This document shows positions 14,417-28,730 of a stretch of DNA of 64,000 nucleotides, in pieces. Each line of letters starts with the position of its first letter. The stretch's first letter is position 1. The translations under genes and the position numbers were made by a program. The DNA is from Eledone cirrhosa (Eukaryota). The stretch is taken from positions 71,610,001-71,674,000 of the forward strand of contig OZ024746.1 in NCBI GenBank assembly GCA_964016885.1, in the 5' to 3' direction. A model generated the notes under the pieces. It was given only the letters and a program-made list of their open reading frames with translations. It had not been told where the DNA came from and ran no database searches.

Positions 14417-15055
14417 CAAGGTCTAGCAAATAGAAAAAAAAGTTTTAAAATCAAATTTTAAAAATTCGCTGTCCTTACTATATGTGCCCTTACCGCGGTT
14501 TCAAGCTCCAGAATAAACGGAAAATCCAAGCGGACTTCCATTGAGAAGCGAACTATCTTCAGAAGGCTCTTCTCCCTCGGAGAATATAAAATTCCTGAGT
14601 TGAAATCACACACTGACGCCATACAAAACCATTCCCAAATGAGAACGAATGATGAAAGAAATAATTCTGTCTAGTGCCGTGTGCAAAGACAAAAGGCAGG
14701 GTGGACAGGTCAATGTCCTGCCACTAGAAATAGCAGCAGTCTAAACGGCCAAGTTTTATCTCTAGGGGTTTTATCTCTAGGGTTTTATTCCTAGGGGGAG
14801 ATCAATAATAATAAAGTATGAATCCCTAGGTGTAAAAAATACATATAGGGAAACAAGTAATGTATACAGAGAGTGGGATTGGCCCGTGCAAAGCCTTTCT
14901 TCAAGCACAAGCATCGTTTGATATGCGACATTTGTTGCAATGCATGGCATTGTTGACCATAGGCAAGTCCCTGGCAGGACTAAAAAGCCACATCTGTGGT
15001 GTTCATGCTTAAGTGTCAAATGATAGCATTACTCAAAATCGAGTTGCAGCCATCT

Positions 15056-15162
<107 letters not shown>

Positions 15163-15474
15163 TCCTTCTTCCTCCCGTTTGACCTGTACGGAATTCCTTC
15201 CTTGCTCACATTTCGACTAGGTTTGATGGTCTTTATTCTCTCTCGTTCACGATTTCACGGAACTTATATTCATGGAAATCTGGGACTTGACTCGCTCTTC
15301 CTCACTTTTCGTTGCTTTACCATCTTTGTTTGTTTACATTCTCGCTCCTTCCCCCTATTTACGTGTCCCAACGACTTTCTTTAGCCATTGCTCGCACCAA
15401 CCGGAGGTATATGGTCTTTAAAGCGATGAAATACCAATGATGGTTGGAAGGTCACTGATGAAGGACTAACTTTA

Positions 15475-15480
<6 letters not shown>
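15163..15480 (+). repeat. Copy of the 12016-12331 repeat, inserted in (TA)n
   Basis: Direct alignment. Confidence 0.85.
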
Positions 15481-15502
<22 letters not shown>

Positions 15503-15509
<7 letters not shown>

Positions 15510-15860
15510 ATACTCTGGGAGGGTCATGTTGCCAATAAGAAACACACGCACCAGTTGCTTTCACTCCAATTTTTTATCAATTAAGTTTATAAATTTAAGA
15601 ATTTATAAATTTCCGTAGGACAGAAAAAAGGAGAGGCACAAAACAAAGAGAAGAATCCCCAGTCACTGAAGAGGTCACAGAATGTGTGACGAAAGAACTT
15701 TGACAATATATGAACAACCGTCCGGTTGTGGAACCAACCAACCAACCGGAAATTTATAAATTCTTAAATTTATAAATTTAATTTATAATAAATTGGAGTG
15801 AAAGCAACTGGTGCGTGTGTTTCTTATTAGCATCATGACCCTCCAAAAGTGTAATAATAT
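15503..15860. mobile_element. Family C fold-back element (arms ~15503-15615 / 15747-15860) with HHR in the spacer
   Basis: GGAGGGTCATGTTGCCAATAAGAAACACACGCACCAGTTGCTTTCACTCCAAT and its reverse complement; arm also at 32098-32162 and 49232-49255. Confidence 0.85.
15662..15704 (+). ncRNA. Minimal type-I hammerhead ribozyme
   Basis: GTCA-CTGAAGA-G-GTCACA gaatg TGTGAC-GAA-AG aa CT-T-TGAC; CUU site. Confidence 0.85.
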
Positions 15861-15914
15861 TGGTTTCAACACACGTTTTCAGATAAAGAATCTTGCTAAA
15901 CAAATTCAGAAACG

Positions 15915-15994
<80 letters not shown>

Positions 15995-16309
15995 ATTGAT
16001 GTATCTTGTCAAGATGAGACGAGAGTATAGTAAAACAGCCAAATGCCGTCAAAGACAGCGATGAGCAAAAAATGCTTCAGGACAGAGACCAGCTCTCAAA
16101 CCAGCAACATGATTTCGCACGATTTAATTTGAGAGTATCACTTTAAAAAGGCTAGATTGTGCAACAGAAAAATAACAAATTCTTCTGCAGGGATAAGGTA
16201 CATGTGGCAAGACAAACATAACACACAAACAAGTAAACATAGCAGAGAACGAAGCAAAAGACGTCTTACCTAAAGTAAACCAGCTTAGTGTAGGTAAGAC
16301 GTCTTTTCT

Positions 16310-16925
16310 GTACTAGTCGTCTTCGTATAGATTTCCTAACTAGCCCTATCTGTGTCTGTGCTGAGTTTATTAATCTGCATATGGGGTTAGTAGTACAAAT
16401 CGGATTTGTGATCCTTAAGGGTGATAAAGCACTCTTAGTTAGGCATTCTAGTTTCCATTAATGGTGAGTGCTAGGTATTTGACTTCACTATCGATGTTAA
16501 TATAAGCAGAGGGTTCTCGTTTGTTTGTATTTAGATGTTATAGTTTTGTGTGTTGAGTGATTGTAAATAGGTCGGTCAACTTCGTAAATGTTCCTGGTTT
16601 TATCAAATAGAACGAACATATTTTTCGAGGACCTAAATTTTTTGATGCCTCTGCTAAGTTTGTTTTGGAAGGTGCTAGAGTACTTGCGGAAGGTAATGTT
16701 AGTGACTAGGTCTAGAAGGTCTGCTTCAAAAGGAGAGAGGTCATTTACCTTGGGTGTATATGCTCTAGATTCCAGGTTATATGTGTCGATAGTGCCTGTA
16801 ATTTTTCTATTGAAAGCCAGTGCCCGCCATCTCAGACGCTTGATGACGTCTTCTGTTTTACGGAGAAGCTTCGAATAAACTCGGTTGGAGGGCGTAGGAA
16901 TGGTTTTTCAGAGAGTATTCCAGCT
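16310..16925 (-). pseudogene. Naiad-type Penelope-like RT N-terminal fragment
   Basis: Minus-strand reading YSLKN/IPTPS..KTEDVIKRLRWRA..LSPFEADLLDLVTNITFRK..FQNKL..FDKTRNIY..FITLKDHK..CRLINSAQTQIG; frameshifted. Confidence 0.8.
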
Positions 16926-17604
16926 CATATCGATCCTTTCTACGTTGGTGATGTGACAGTTGTGTAAGACACGGGGATATAAAGAGTGCTCACAAGGTAG
17001 GGTCGGATGCCAATCTTCCGCGTAGTGCTTATGCGAAGAATTTGCTAATCCGGTTACAGTTCCGGAATCGTGTAGTGAAAAATTAGAAGGTTATATCTAA
17101 AGTTGTACAGCGCTCAGTCCAAAGGACGAGTTCCGTATAGAGTCAATTCCACAACAATTAGCAAACCATACTTGAGAAAACGTGCAAGATATTTGTTTCC
17201 TGCATTAAAAATATGAAAGTCCACATCACTACCAGCTCCAAGAGCGCTTCCTCGTCCAGGTGAAATTGTAGAAAGCCAAAATCATTTCCTCTACAGCCGG
17301 TTGGCTACTTTAACGATTTAATGAATGAATATTTCAGACAGGTAGACCTGTTAAGGAAGAACAAATCAATCGTTGGTTTGTGATTTGGACCGTTTCCGTT
17401 TCACGTTTGAAAAGAGCGTATTAGCCCTGAAATATCATGCAGAAATATATTGGGTAAAACATAACTTTGTTTTGTTTTATTTGTCATCTATTGTCCTTTA
17501 TATATTTCTGAAACTTATCAGTCATCAATTTATTTCTTTTTCTCTTGTATTGCAAACATTATATAATTTAATTGAAATCTCTTGAATTTTGATTTAGAGG
17601 TGGT

Positions 17605-18045
17605 ACCATCTGGTGTTCTCGATGATCCTCAGGGCTCTGTTAACGAAGTCGTCGATCCTCTTTGCCGGGGTTTTTGTGAGGGGCCACGTTTCTGCACCAT
17701 AGAGGAAAACAGAGAGAACCGACACGTTGTAGATACGGAACTTCGTCTTCCTGGAGATAGAGCAGTGGTGTCAAAGGAGCTTCCATAGGGAGTGAATGAC
17801 CCCGGCGGCCGGACTACATCTGCGGCTGATCTCCGGGGTCATGTCTCCGTTGTTGGTGACTGTCGAGTCCAAGTAAATAAAGGAGCTGACAAACCCCACG
17901 GTTTGAAGCGGGAGAGGAACCGAGCCATCGCCGACATGCATCAGCTTGGTCTTCGCCCAGCTCACCTGAAGGCCAAGCTTTGCTGGTTACTCCCGGTATA
18001 TGGGCAGTGCGTCCCTAAGCTGATCGTTCGAGCTGCTGAATAGGA
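17605..18045 (-). pseudogene. RTE-clade LINE RT C-terminal fragment
   Basis: LQVSWAKTK..FIYLDS..EISRR..AA..SL ... ISRKTKFRIYNVSVLSVFLYGAETWPLTKTPAKRIDDF. Confidence 0.85.
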
Positions 18046-18702
18046 GGGGGAAAGCACATTATTTCGCGGGGATGAACCCTAAAAAGGCAAAACGATTACT
18101 TAAAGTTTCTATCAGTCTCAAGCCTTGTAGCTCACTAGGTCGGAGCTCATCCTAGATGCAAGGGGTAAGCGACTGATATTGCAATGTTATCCTCACCCAA
18201 CACCACATTGGACGAGCTGCTAGTCCACCACGGGTTTAATCTTCAACTACTTCTACTGCTACTGCCACTGTTGCTGGTAATCATTTTATTTTAGCTGAAT
18301 AAACTAAAGCAGCTTCAACTGAAGAACTCTGCTTCAGGACAGAGTACACGACGCGTTCTCTGAATCGATCCCACGACCTTACATTCAAGAATCATGTATT
18401 CTAGAACGTTACAGAATCTATGAAGCTGTGTCGACTCTTGTATTTAAACTAGAAAAAAAAACAACCCCTTACGAAAGAAGTGAAAGAAGTGGTAAAAAAA
18501 ACCCCAGTCACTTAATCAATACACATGCATATATATACGTAACAGTGTCTAAATGTATGTAAATAGATGTGTACATAATTATCTATATACGTTTGTACAA
18601 CTGTTACATGCGTAGGCGATGAATACTGATCCCATATATATATACATATATATACATACATGTAATGTATTAGATTCTTCAATATGCATACATGCATATA
18701 TA

Positions 18703-18739
<37 letters not shown>

Positions 18740-18766
18740 TCATCAATATACATATGTATGTATATG

Positions 18767-18807
<41 letters not shown>

Positions 18808-19007
18808 NNNNNNNNNNNNNNNNNNNNNNNNNNNNNNNNNNNNNNNNNNNNNNNNNNNNNNNNNNNNNNNNNNNNNNNNNNNNNNNNNNNNNNNNNNNNN
18901 NNNNNNNNNNNNNNNNNNNNNNNNNNNNNNNNNNNNNNNNNNNNNNNNNNNNNNNNNNNNNNNNNNNNNNNNNNNNNNNNNNNNNNNNNNNNNNNNNNNN
19001 NNNNNNN
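18808..19007. other. Assembly gap (200 N)
   Basis: Run of n. Confidence 1.
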
Positions 19008-20720
19008 TGTTGGTATTGGTGGTGGAGTGTTAGTTGTGATAGTAGTGTTGGTATTGGTGGTGGAGTGATAGTTGTGATAGTAGTGTTGGTATTGGTGGTG
19101 GAGTGTTAGTTGTGATAGTAGTGTTGGCGTGATAGTTGTGATAGTAGTGTTGGTATTGGTGGTGGAGTGTTAGTTGTGATAGTAGTGTTGGTATTGGTGG
19201 TGGAGTGATAGTTGTGATAGTAGTGTTGGTATTGGTGGTGGAGTGTTAGTTGTGATAGTAGTGTTGGTATTGGTATTGGAGAGATAGTTGTGATAGTAGT
19301 GTTGGTATTGGTGGTGGAGTGTTAGTTGTGATAGTAGTGTTGGTATTGGTGGTGGAGTGTTAGTTGTGATAGTAGTGTTGGTATTGGTGGTGGAGTGTTA
19401 GTTGTGATAGTAGTGTTGGTATTGGTGGTGGAGTGTTAGTTGTGATAGTAGTGTTGGCGTGATAGTTGTGATAGTAGTGTTGGTATTGGTGGTGGAGTGT
19501 TAGTTGTGATAGTAGTGTTGGCGTGATAGTTGTGATAGTAGTGTTGGAGTGATAGTTGTGATAGTAGTGTTGGTATTGGTGGTGGAGTGATAGTTGTGAT
19601 AGTAGTGTTGGAGTGATGGTTGTGATAGTAGTGTTGGAGTGATAGTTGTGATAGTAGTGTTGGTATTGGTGGTGGAGTGATAGTTGTGATAGTAGTGTTG
19701 GTATTGGTGGTGGAGTGATAGTTGTGATAGTAGTGTTGGTATTGGTGGTGGAGTGATAGTTGTGATAGTAGTGTTGGTATTGGTGGTGGAGTGTTAGTTG
19801 TGATAGTAGTGTTGGTATTGGTGGTGGAGTGTTAGTTGTGATAGTAGTGTTGGTATTGGTGGTGGAGTGTTAGTTGTGATAGTAGTGTTGGCGTGATAGT
19901 TGTGATAGTAGTGTTGGTATTGGTGGTGGAGTGTTAGTTGTGATAGTAGTGTTGGCGTGATAGTTGTGATAGTAGTGTTGGAGTGATAGTTGAGATAGTA
20001 GTGTTGGTATTGGTGGTGGAGTGATAGTTGTGATAGTAGTGTTGGAGTGATGGTTGTGATAGTAGTGTTGGAGTGATAGTTGTGATAGTAGTGTTGGTAT
20101 TGGTGGTGGAGTGATAGTTGTGATAGTAGTGTCGGTATTGGTGGTGGAGTGATAGTTGTGATAGTAGTGTTGGTATTGGTGGTGGAGTGTTAGTTGTGAT
20201 AGTAGTGTTGGCGTGATAGTTGTGATAGTAGTGTTGGTATTGGTGGTGGAGTGATAGTTGTGATAGTAGTGTTGGAGTGATGCTTGTGATAGTAGTGTTG
20301 GAGTGATAGTTGTGATAGTAGTGTTGGTATTGGTGGTGGAGTGATAGTTGTGATAGTAGTGTTGGTATTGGTGGTGGAGTGATAGTTGTGATAGTAGTGT
20401 TGGTATTGGTGGTGGAGTGTTAGTTGTGATAGTAGTGTTGGTATTGGTGGTGGAGTGTTAGTTGTGATAGTAGTGTTGGTATTGGTATTGGAGAGATAGT
20501 TGTGATAGTAGTGTTGGTATTGGTATTGGAGTGATGGTTGTGATAGTAGTGTTGGAGTGATAGTTGTGATAGTAGTGTTGGTATTGGTGGTGGAGTGTTA
20601 GTTGTGATGGTATGTTGGTATTAGTGGTGGAGTGATAGTTGTGATAGTAGTGTTGGAGTGATGGTTGTGATAGTAGTGTTGGTATTGGTGGTGGAGTGTT
20701 AGTTGTGATAGTAGTGCTGG
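19008..20720. repeat. Minisatellite, 38-bp unit TGTTGGTATTGGTGGTGGAGTGTTAGTTGTGATAGTAG with 26-bp deletion variants
   Basis: Direct reading. Confidence 0.95.
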
Positions 20721-20899
20721 TAGTGGTAGTACATAGTGTATAGTAGTGTTACTGTTGGTACATTATATCGTTGGGTATATTGAGGTGGTAGTGGTGATGG
20801 TGTTGGTAGTAGTAGTGGTGGCGGTGGTAGTGTAGGTGGTAGTAATGTGGTTTATGTTGTTGATCGTTATTTGCAAATATCTATCTGTGTGTGGGAATC

Positions 20900-21460
20900 T
20901 ATGTATATACCTTTCTGTCTATGTGTGTCTCTGTATGTGTCTATGTGTGTGTGTCTGTGTATGTGTCTATGTGTGTGTATGTGTCTATGTGTGTGTCTCT
21001 GTATGTGTCTATTTATATGTGTCTATTTGTGTGTGTGTATGGGAATGTATGTATAAACAAATAACTACATCTGTTTCTGTCAGTTTGTGTGTGTGTGCAT
21101 GTTTATTTGCGAGTGTGTGTGTGTGTCTATTTGTGTGTGTGTGTATTTCTATGTGTGTGTGTGTGTCTATTTGTATATGTATGTGTGTCTATTTGTGTAT
21201 GTGTGATTATGTATATGTGTGTGTCTATTTGTGTCAATTTGTGTCGATTTGTATGTGTGTGTATGTACGTGTGTGTGTCTATTTGTGTGCGTGTATATGT
21301 GTCAATTTGTGTGTATGTGTCTATTTGTATGTGTGTGTGTGTGTGTGTGTGTGCCTATCTGTATGTGTGTATGTGTGTGTGTGTATATATTTGTGTGTGT
21401 GTATGTCTACGTGTGTGTGTATGTCTATTTGTGTGTGTGTGTATGTCTATTTATGTGTGT
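20900..21460. repeat. Degenerate (GT)n with GTCTATTT interruptions
   Basis: Direct reading. Confidence 0.85.
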
Positions 21461-21639
21461 GAGTTTGCATAACTCACATTTTCATCTTTTAGCTATCACT
21501 TTAAATGTAAAACATGGCGGGTCAAATGTTAGTCAATTGATATTTTCAACGCAATTTCAGCGAATGTTGTTGTTGTTGATGGTGGAGTTGCTGTTTGGTA
21601 TTACCATAAGTAATTATACTGCTTCTTTCCACTAGTATT

Positions 21640-24150
21640 GACAGTGGTGGTGGTGGTGGTGGTGGTGGTGGTGGTGGTGGTGGTGATAGTGGTGGTGGGG
21701 TGGTATTGGTGGTGGTGGTGGTGGTTGTGGTGGTAGTGGTGACGGTGGTGGTGGTGACAGTGATGGTGGTGGTGGTGGTGACGGTGGTGCTGGTGGTCGT
21801 GGTGACGGTGGTGGTGGTGACAGTGGTGGTGGTAGTGGTGGTGACAGTGGTTGGGTGACAGTGATGGTGGTGGTGGTGGTGGTGACGATGGTGGTGGTGG
21901 TGGTTGTGGTGACAGTGGTGGTGGTGGTGGTGACAGTGGTGGTGACAGTGGTGGTGGTGGTGACAGTGGTGGTGGTGGTGACAGTGGTGATGGCGGTGAC
22001 AGTGGTGGTGGTGGTGACAGTGGTGGTGGTGACAGTGGTGGTGGTGACAGTGGTGGTGGTGACAGTGGTCGTGGTGGTGGTGGTGACAGTGATGGTGGTG
22101 GTGGTGGTGGTGACAGTGGTGGTGGTGGTGGTGATAGTGGTGGTGGTGGTTGTGGTGACAGTGGTGGTGGTGGTGACAGTGGTGATGGTGGTGGTGGTGG
22201 TGGTGGTGGTGGTGACAGTGGTGCTGGTGGTGGTGGTGACGGTGGTGGTGGTGACGGTGGTGGTGGTGACAGTGGTGGTGGTAGTGGTGACGGTGGTGGT
22301 GGTTGTGGTGACTGTGGTTGTGTTTGTGGTGACAGTGGTGGTGGTGGTGGTGGTGGTGGGGGTAGGGGTGGGGGACGAGTGATGGTGGTTATTGGGATGT
22401 TGGTAAAACTGATGGTAGCAGATGTTATTCAAGAGACACACTGGTACATATTGTTATTGGTGTTGTTGTTGTTTGTGGTGGTGGTGGTAGTGGTGATGAT
22501 GGTGGAGGTGGTAGTGGTGGTGGTGGTGGTGTTGGTGATGATGGTGGTGGTGGTAGTGGTGTGGTGGTGGTGCAGCTAGTGATGGTCGTATTGGTGGTGG
22601 TGGTGGTAGTAATAGTAGTGGTGGTGGTGTTGGTGCTGATTATGGTGGAGATGTGCTATTGATGGTGGTGGTGTTGGTGGTGGTGGTGGTGGTGGTGGTC
22701 CTGCTAGTGGCAGTGGTGTTGGTGGTGGTGGTAGTGGTAGTAGTAGTGGTGGTGATGGTGGTCCTGCTAGTGGCAGTGGTGTTGGTGGTGGTGGTGGTAT
22801 AGTGGTGGTGATGGTGGTCCTGCTAGTGGCAGTGGTGTTGGTGGTGGTGGTAGTGGTAGTAGTAGTGGTGGTGATGGTGGTCCTGCTAGTGGCAGTGGTG
22901 GTGGTGGTGGTGGTGGTATAGTGGTGGTGATGGTGGTCCTGCTAGTGGCAGTGGTGTTGGTGGTGGTGGTAGTGGTAGTAGTAGTGGTGGTGATGGTGGT
23001 CCTGCTAGTGGCAGTGGTGGTGGTGGTGGTATAGTGGTGGTGATGGTGGTCCTGCTAATGGCAGTGGTGGTGGTGGTGGTGGTAGTGGTAGTAGTAGTGG
23101 TGGTGATGGTGGTCCTGCTAGTGGTAGTTGTGGTGGTGATGGTGGTAGTGGTGGTAGTAGTGGTGGTGATGGTGGTCCTGCTATTGGTGGTGGTGGTGGT
23201 GGTGGTAGTAGTGGTGGTGATGGTGGTCCTGCTAGTGGAAGTGGTGTTGGTGGTGGTGGTGGTAGTGGTGGTAGTAGTGGTGGTGATGGTGGTCCTGCTA
23301 GTGGCAGTGGTGTTGGTGCTGGTGGTAGTGGTGGTAGAAGTGGTGGTGATGGTGGTCCTGCTAGAGGTAGTGGTGGTGGTGGTGGTGGTGGTAGTAGTAG
23401 TGGTGGTGATGGTGGTCCTGCTAGTGGTAGTGATGTTGGTGGTGGTGGTAGTGGTGGTAGTAGTGGTGATGGTGGTCCTGCTAGAGGTAGTGGTGGTGGT
23501 GGTGGTGGTAGTAGTGGTGGTGATGGTGGTCCTGCTAGTGGTAGTGGTGGTGGTAGTGGTGGTAGTGGTGGTAGTAGTGGTGGTGATGGTGGTCCTGCTA
23601 GTGGCAGTGGTGGTGGTGGTGGTGGTGGTCCTGCTAGTGATGGTCGTATTGGTGGTGGTCGTATTGGTGGTGGTGGTGCTGGTGGTGGTGTTGGTGATGG
23701 TGTTCCAGCTAGTGGTAGAAGTGTTGGTGTTGGTGGTGGTGGTGGTGGTAGTAGTGGTGGTGATGGTGGTCCTGCTAGTGGTAGTGGTGTTGGTGGTATT
23801 GGTGGTAGTAGTGGTGGTGATGGTGATCCTGCTAGTGGTAGTGGTAGTGGCAGTGGCAGTGGTGGTGGTGGTAGTAGTGGTGGTGGTGGTCCTGCTAGTG
23901 GCAGTGGTGTTGTTGTTGTTGGTGGTGGTGGTGGTGGTGGTGGTAGTGGTGATGGTGGTCTTGCTAGTGGTAGTGGCAGTGGTGGTGGTGGTGGTGGTAG
24001 TAGTGGTGGTGGTGGTGATCCTGCTAGTGGTAGTGGCAGGGATGGTGGTGGCGGTGGTGGTAGTGATGGTGGTAGTGGTGGTGGTGGTGGTGGCGGTGGT
24101 GGTGGCGGTGGTGGTGGTGGTGCAGCTAGTGGTGATGTTGTTGTTGTAGT
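21640..24150. repeat. (GGT)n-based minisatellites (GACAGT- and GTCCTGCTAGTG-punctuated)
   Basis: Direct reading; gives Val/Gly/Thr-rich pseudo-ORFs. Confidence 0.9.
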
Positions 24151-24317
24151 ACAAATAGTTGGTGTTATACGTGCATTAAATTAAAAAAACAAAATGTTAC
24201 TTATGTAACGGCCTTCCCGTCTAGACCGACGTGAAAGAAACGCACAGACAGATGCTGCACAGACAGACAGACACGCACGCACACACACACACACATGCGC
24301 ACACACACACACATATA

Positions 24318-24350
<33 letters not shown>

Positions 24351-24405
24351 GTGCATATATATATATATATATATGTACATATATATGTGTGTGTATGTGG
24401 GTGGG

Positions 24406-24441
<36 letters not shown>

Positions 24442-24497
24442 TGTATATATATATATATGTATAGCTATATACATATATATATATATACATACACACG

Positions 24498-24533
<36 letters not shown>

Positions 24534-24557
24534 TATATATGTCTGTGTATGTAGGTG

Positions 24558-24653
<96 letters not shown>

Positions 24654-24933
24654 GCTATATACATACATATATATATATATATACACACGCACACACATAT
24701 ATATATATACATATATATATATATGTAGATATATATATATAGATATATATACATACATACACACACACACCACACAATATATATATATATGTGGATATAT
24801 ATATATGTGGATATGTATATGAATATGTATCTCTATTCGCGTATCCACACACACACACACACATATATATATATGTGTGTGTGTGTGTATACGCAAATAG
24901 AGATACATATACATATTCATATACATATACATC

Positions 24934-24975
<42 letters not shown>

Positions 24976-25318
24976 ACGAAAGAAAGAAAGAGAGAAAGAA
25001 AGAAGGAAAGGAAAGGAAGAGAGAAAGAAAGAGAGAGATGGAGAACAGGAATGAAAGAATGAGAGGAGAGAATGTTGGATTAAATACACTGAGGTATATA
25101 GTTACGCCTATTGACGTTCCATGTTCAAATCTCAGTCAATGACAACCTTGTGATTTTATCTTTCTGTGGCTTACAAAATAAACTACCATCTATATGATGG
25201 CGTGTATTGCGCCGAAACTACTGGAGGAATTGTAGAGGCGAAGCTCATTTCCTCAGCCGATCTGAATGCAGCAGATTTCTTCCAGGAAGAAAGAAGGACA
25301 GAGAGAGAGATAAGAAAG

Positions 25319-25389
<71 letters not shown>

Positions 25390-25479
25390 GGAGAGAGAGA
25401 GAGAGAGAGAATGAGAGAAAGAGAGAGTGGGAGAAAGAGGAGAGAGAGAATGGAAGTGTGAAAGGGATATAGAGAAAGC

Positions 25480-25612
25480 CCAGTACAAGACTGATACTTT
25501 TTTATCGAGCCCAAATGGATGAAAGTTGACCCCGGCGCGATATGAACTCAGAGAGCAGAAGGGTGAATACCGCAAAGCATTCTATCTAACGTTCTGACGT
25601 CTCTGCCACTTC
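25480..25612 (-). mobile_element. Diverged S1-related SINE
   Basis: TTTTATCGA..GGATGAAAG..CCCGGCG..TGAACTCAGA..GCAAAGCAT..TCTGCCA. Confidence 0.65.
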
Positions 25613-25819
25613 GCAGTCTTTTACCATCAATATACTGACCCCAGTTTAATAGTTTTTCTCCACTGAAAATGTTCTTCATTTTCCTATTTCGAAATAATTA
25701 ATATTAATACTGATTATTCGCTGAAATCTTCGGATTAACATATGGTAAATATTGATGGAATCGCGGTATTAATGACAGTGATTGGCTTCTTTTAGTGTTG
25801 TTGATGGTAGTGATCATGC

Positions 25820-26070
<251 letters not shown>

Positions 26071-26332
26071 TTGATAGTGGTATTGTAAGCAGGAATAATA
26101 TAGTAGGTAATGCTACGATTGTTGAGAGTCGGATAGAATGCTTTGCAGTATTTGTTCTGGCTCTTTAATCTGACTGAAGTAAGCTATGCATTTCATCCTT
26201 CGGAGTTGATAAATAAAGTACAGGTCTAGTACTTTGGAAAATCGACCCCCAATACTGCCTGATACTATACTTTATCGACTCAATATATTTTTTTTTGACA
26301 CTCAAGCGATTCTGCCATTCCAACTGGTCGGG

Positions 26333-26494
26333 AAGAAGAACAAGAAGAAGAAGAAGAAGAAGAAGAAGAAGAAGAAGAAGAAGAAGAAGAAGAAGAAGAA
26401 GAAGAAGAAGAAGAAGAAGAAGAAGAAGAAGAAGAAGAAGAAGAAGAAGAAGAAGAAGAAGAAGAAGAAGAAGAAGAAGAAGAAGAAGAAGAAG
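26333..26494. repeat. (GAA)n microsatellite
   Basis: Direct reading. Confidence 0.95.
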
Positions 26495-26849
26495 ATTTTT
26501 TTAAAAAGCACACAGGAAGACGGAAAAAATGATGACGCAATTAAACAAAATGGTGGCATGGAAAGTGAAAGTAGAAATGTTATGAATACTCGAGACTGCT
26601 CTCCTACTGTTGGTCAATCTCTATGGCTGCTTTGTCTACACCGGAAGCGGAAGGTTCCATTGTGTGTTGAAATTGAGTGTGACAAATCTAATTGAATGCC
26701 TTATTGGAGCTGTTTGTCTACAGTCAATAGGTTCTGCAACTTGCGCAAACCTTCGTCTCTCGACCGGAAACTTAGTGGTTTTCAAGGGGAAGTAGTGATT
26801 ATTATAGTGTATAGTGAATACTTGAAGTGATGGCGATATGGATGGTAGT

Positions 26850-28730
26850 GATAGTGGTTGTGATGGTGGTGGGGTGGTGGGGGTGGTGATGGTAGTGGAC
26901 TTGACGGTGGTGGTGATGGTAGTGGTGGTGGTGGTGGTAGTGGTGGTGGTGGTGGTGATGGAGAGTGTAATGTAATGATAGAGAAGGTGATAGTGGTAGT
27001 GGACTTGGTGGTGGTGGTGGTGGTGGTGATGGAGAGTGTAATGTAATGATGGATAAGGTGATAGTGGTAGTGGACTTGGTGGTGGTGGTGGTGGTGGGGG
27101 TGGTGATGGTAGTGGACTTGACGGTGGTGGTGATGGTAGTGGTGGTGGTGGTGATGGAGAGTGTAATGTAATGATGGAGAAGGTGATAGTGGTAGTGGAC
27201 TTGGTGGTGGTGGTGGTAGTGGTGGTGGTGGTGGTGATGGAGAGTGTAATGTAATGATAGAGAAGGTGATAGTGGTAGTGGACTTGGTGGTGGTGGTGGT
27301 GGTGGTGATGGAGAGTGTAATGTAATGATGGATAAGGTGATAGTGGTAGTGGACTTGGTGGTGGTGGTGGTGGTGGGGGTGGTGATGGTAGTGGACTTGA
27401 CGGTGGTGGTGATGGTAGTGGTGGTGGTGGTGATGGAGAGTGTAATGTAATGATGGAGAAGGTGATAGTGGTAGTGGACTTGGTGGTGGTGGTAGTGGTG
27501 GTGGTGGTGGTGGTGGTGGTGGTGATGGTAGTGGACTTGACTGTGGTGGTGATGGTAGTGGTGGTGGTGGTGGTGGAGAGTGTAATGTAATGATGGAGAA
27601 GGTGATAGTAGTAGTGGACTTGGTGGTGGTGGTGATGGTGGTTGTTGTAGTGGCGGTGATGATGTTTTGATGCTGGTGAAGTTGGTGATGATGATGGTTT
27701 TAATAGTGGTGGTGGTGGTGGTGGTGGAGGATTTGGTGGAGGTTGAAGATTTTCGGGATGATGTTGTGGATGTTAGTAGAGGAGATGGTTGGAGTGGTAG
27801 TAATGGTGTTTGATGCTGTGGCTGTGTTGTTGGTAGTGATGGTTGTGGTGTTGGTAGTAATGGTGTTTGGTGCTGTGGCTGTGTTGTTGGTGGTGATGGT
27901 TGTGGTGGTGGTAGTAATGGTGTTTGATACTATAGTGCTTGTATTAACGATGTTGTTGGTAGCGTTGGTGTTAGTAACCGTGATGATGATGTATGTATAT
28001 TGGTGGTGGTGGTGGTGGTGGTGGTGGTTGTAGTAGCGTTGGTGTTAGTAACCGTGATGATGATGTATGTACATTGGTGGAGGTGGTGGTGGTGGTGGTA
28101 GTGGTGTTAGTAACCGTGATGATGATGTATGTACATTGGTGGTGGTGGTGGTGGTGGTGGTGGTGGTGGTGGTGGTTGTAGTAACCGTGATGATGATGTA
28201 TGTACATTCTGGCCGTGTAGAAGTAAGAATCTGACGGAATTGTATGTTATAGGTGGTATTGGTGGTGGTTGTAGTAGTAGTGGTGGTGGTGGTGGTGGTG
28301 GTGTTGTTTGTGGTGGTGGTGGTGGTGGTGGTGGTGGTGGTTGTAGTAGAGGTGGTGGTGATAGTGGTGGTGGTGGTGGTGGTGGTTGTAGTAGTAGTGG
28401 TTGTGGTTATGATAATGGTGGTGGTGGTGTTGGTGTTGGTTGTGGTGGTGGTTGTGGTGGTGGCGGTGTTGCTTGTGGTGGTGGTGGTTGTAGTGGTGGT
28501 GGTAGTGTTGGTGGTGGTGGTTGTAGTAGTAGTGGTTGTGGTTATGATAATGGTGGTGGTGGTGGTGTTGGTTGTGGTGGTGGTTGTGGTGGTGATGGTG
28601 GTGGTGGTGGTGGTGGTGGTTGTAGTAGTGGTTGTGTTAGCTTTGGTGGTGGTGGTGGTGGTAGTGGTGGTAGTGGTGATCGTGGTGGTGGTGGTGGTGG
28701 TGGGGGTTGTGTTGGTGATGGTGTTTGATG
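26850..28730. repeat. (GGT)n-based minisatellites incl. GGAGAGTGTAATGTAATGATGGAGAAGGTGATAGTGGTAGTGGACTTG units
   Basis: Direct reading. Confidence 0.9.

Noticed and set aside
16588-16878. Plus-strand 96-aa ORF (and similar ORFs at 35288-36858, 37876-38259)
   Set aside because: Antisense shadows of minus-strand retroelement ORFs
18619-19109. ORFs spanning the N run
   Set aside because: Artefacts of the assembly gap
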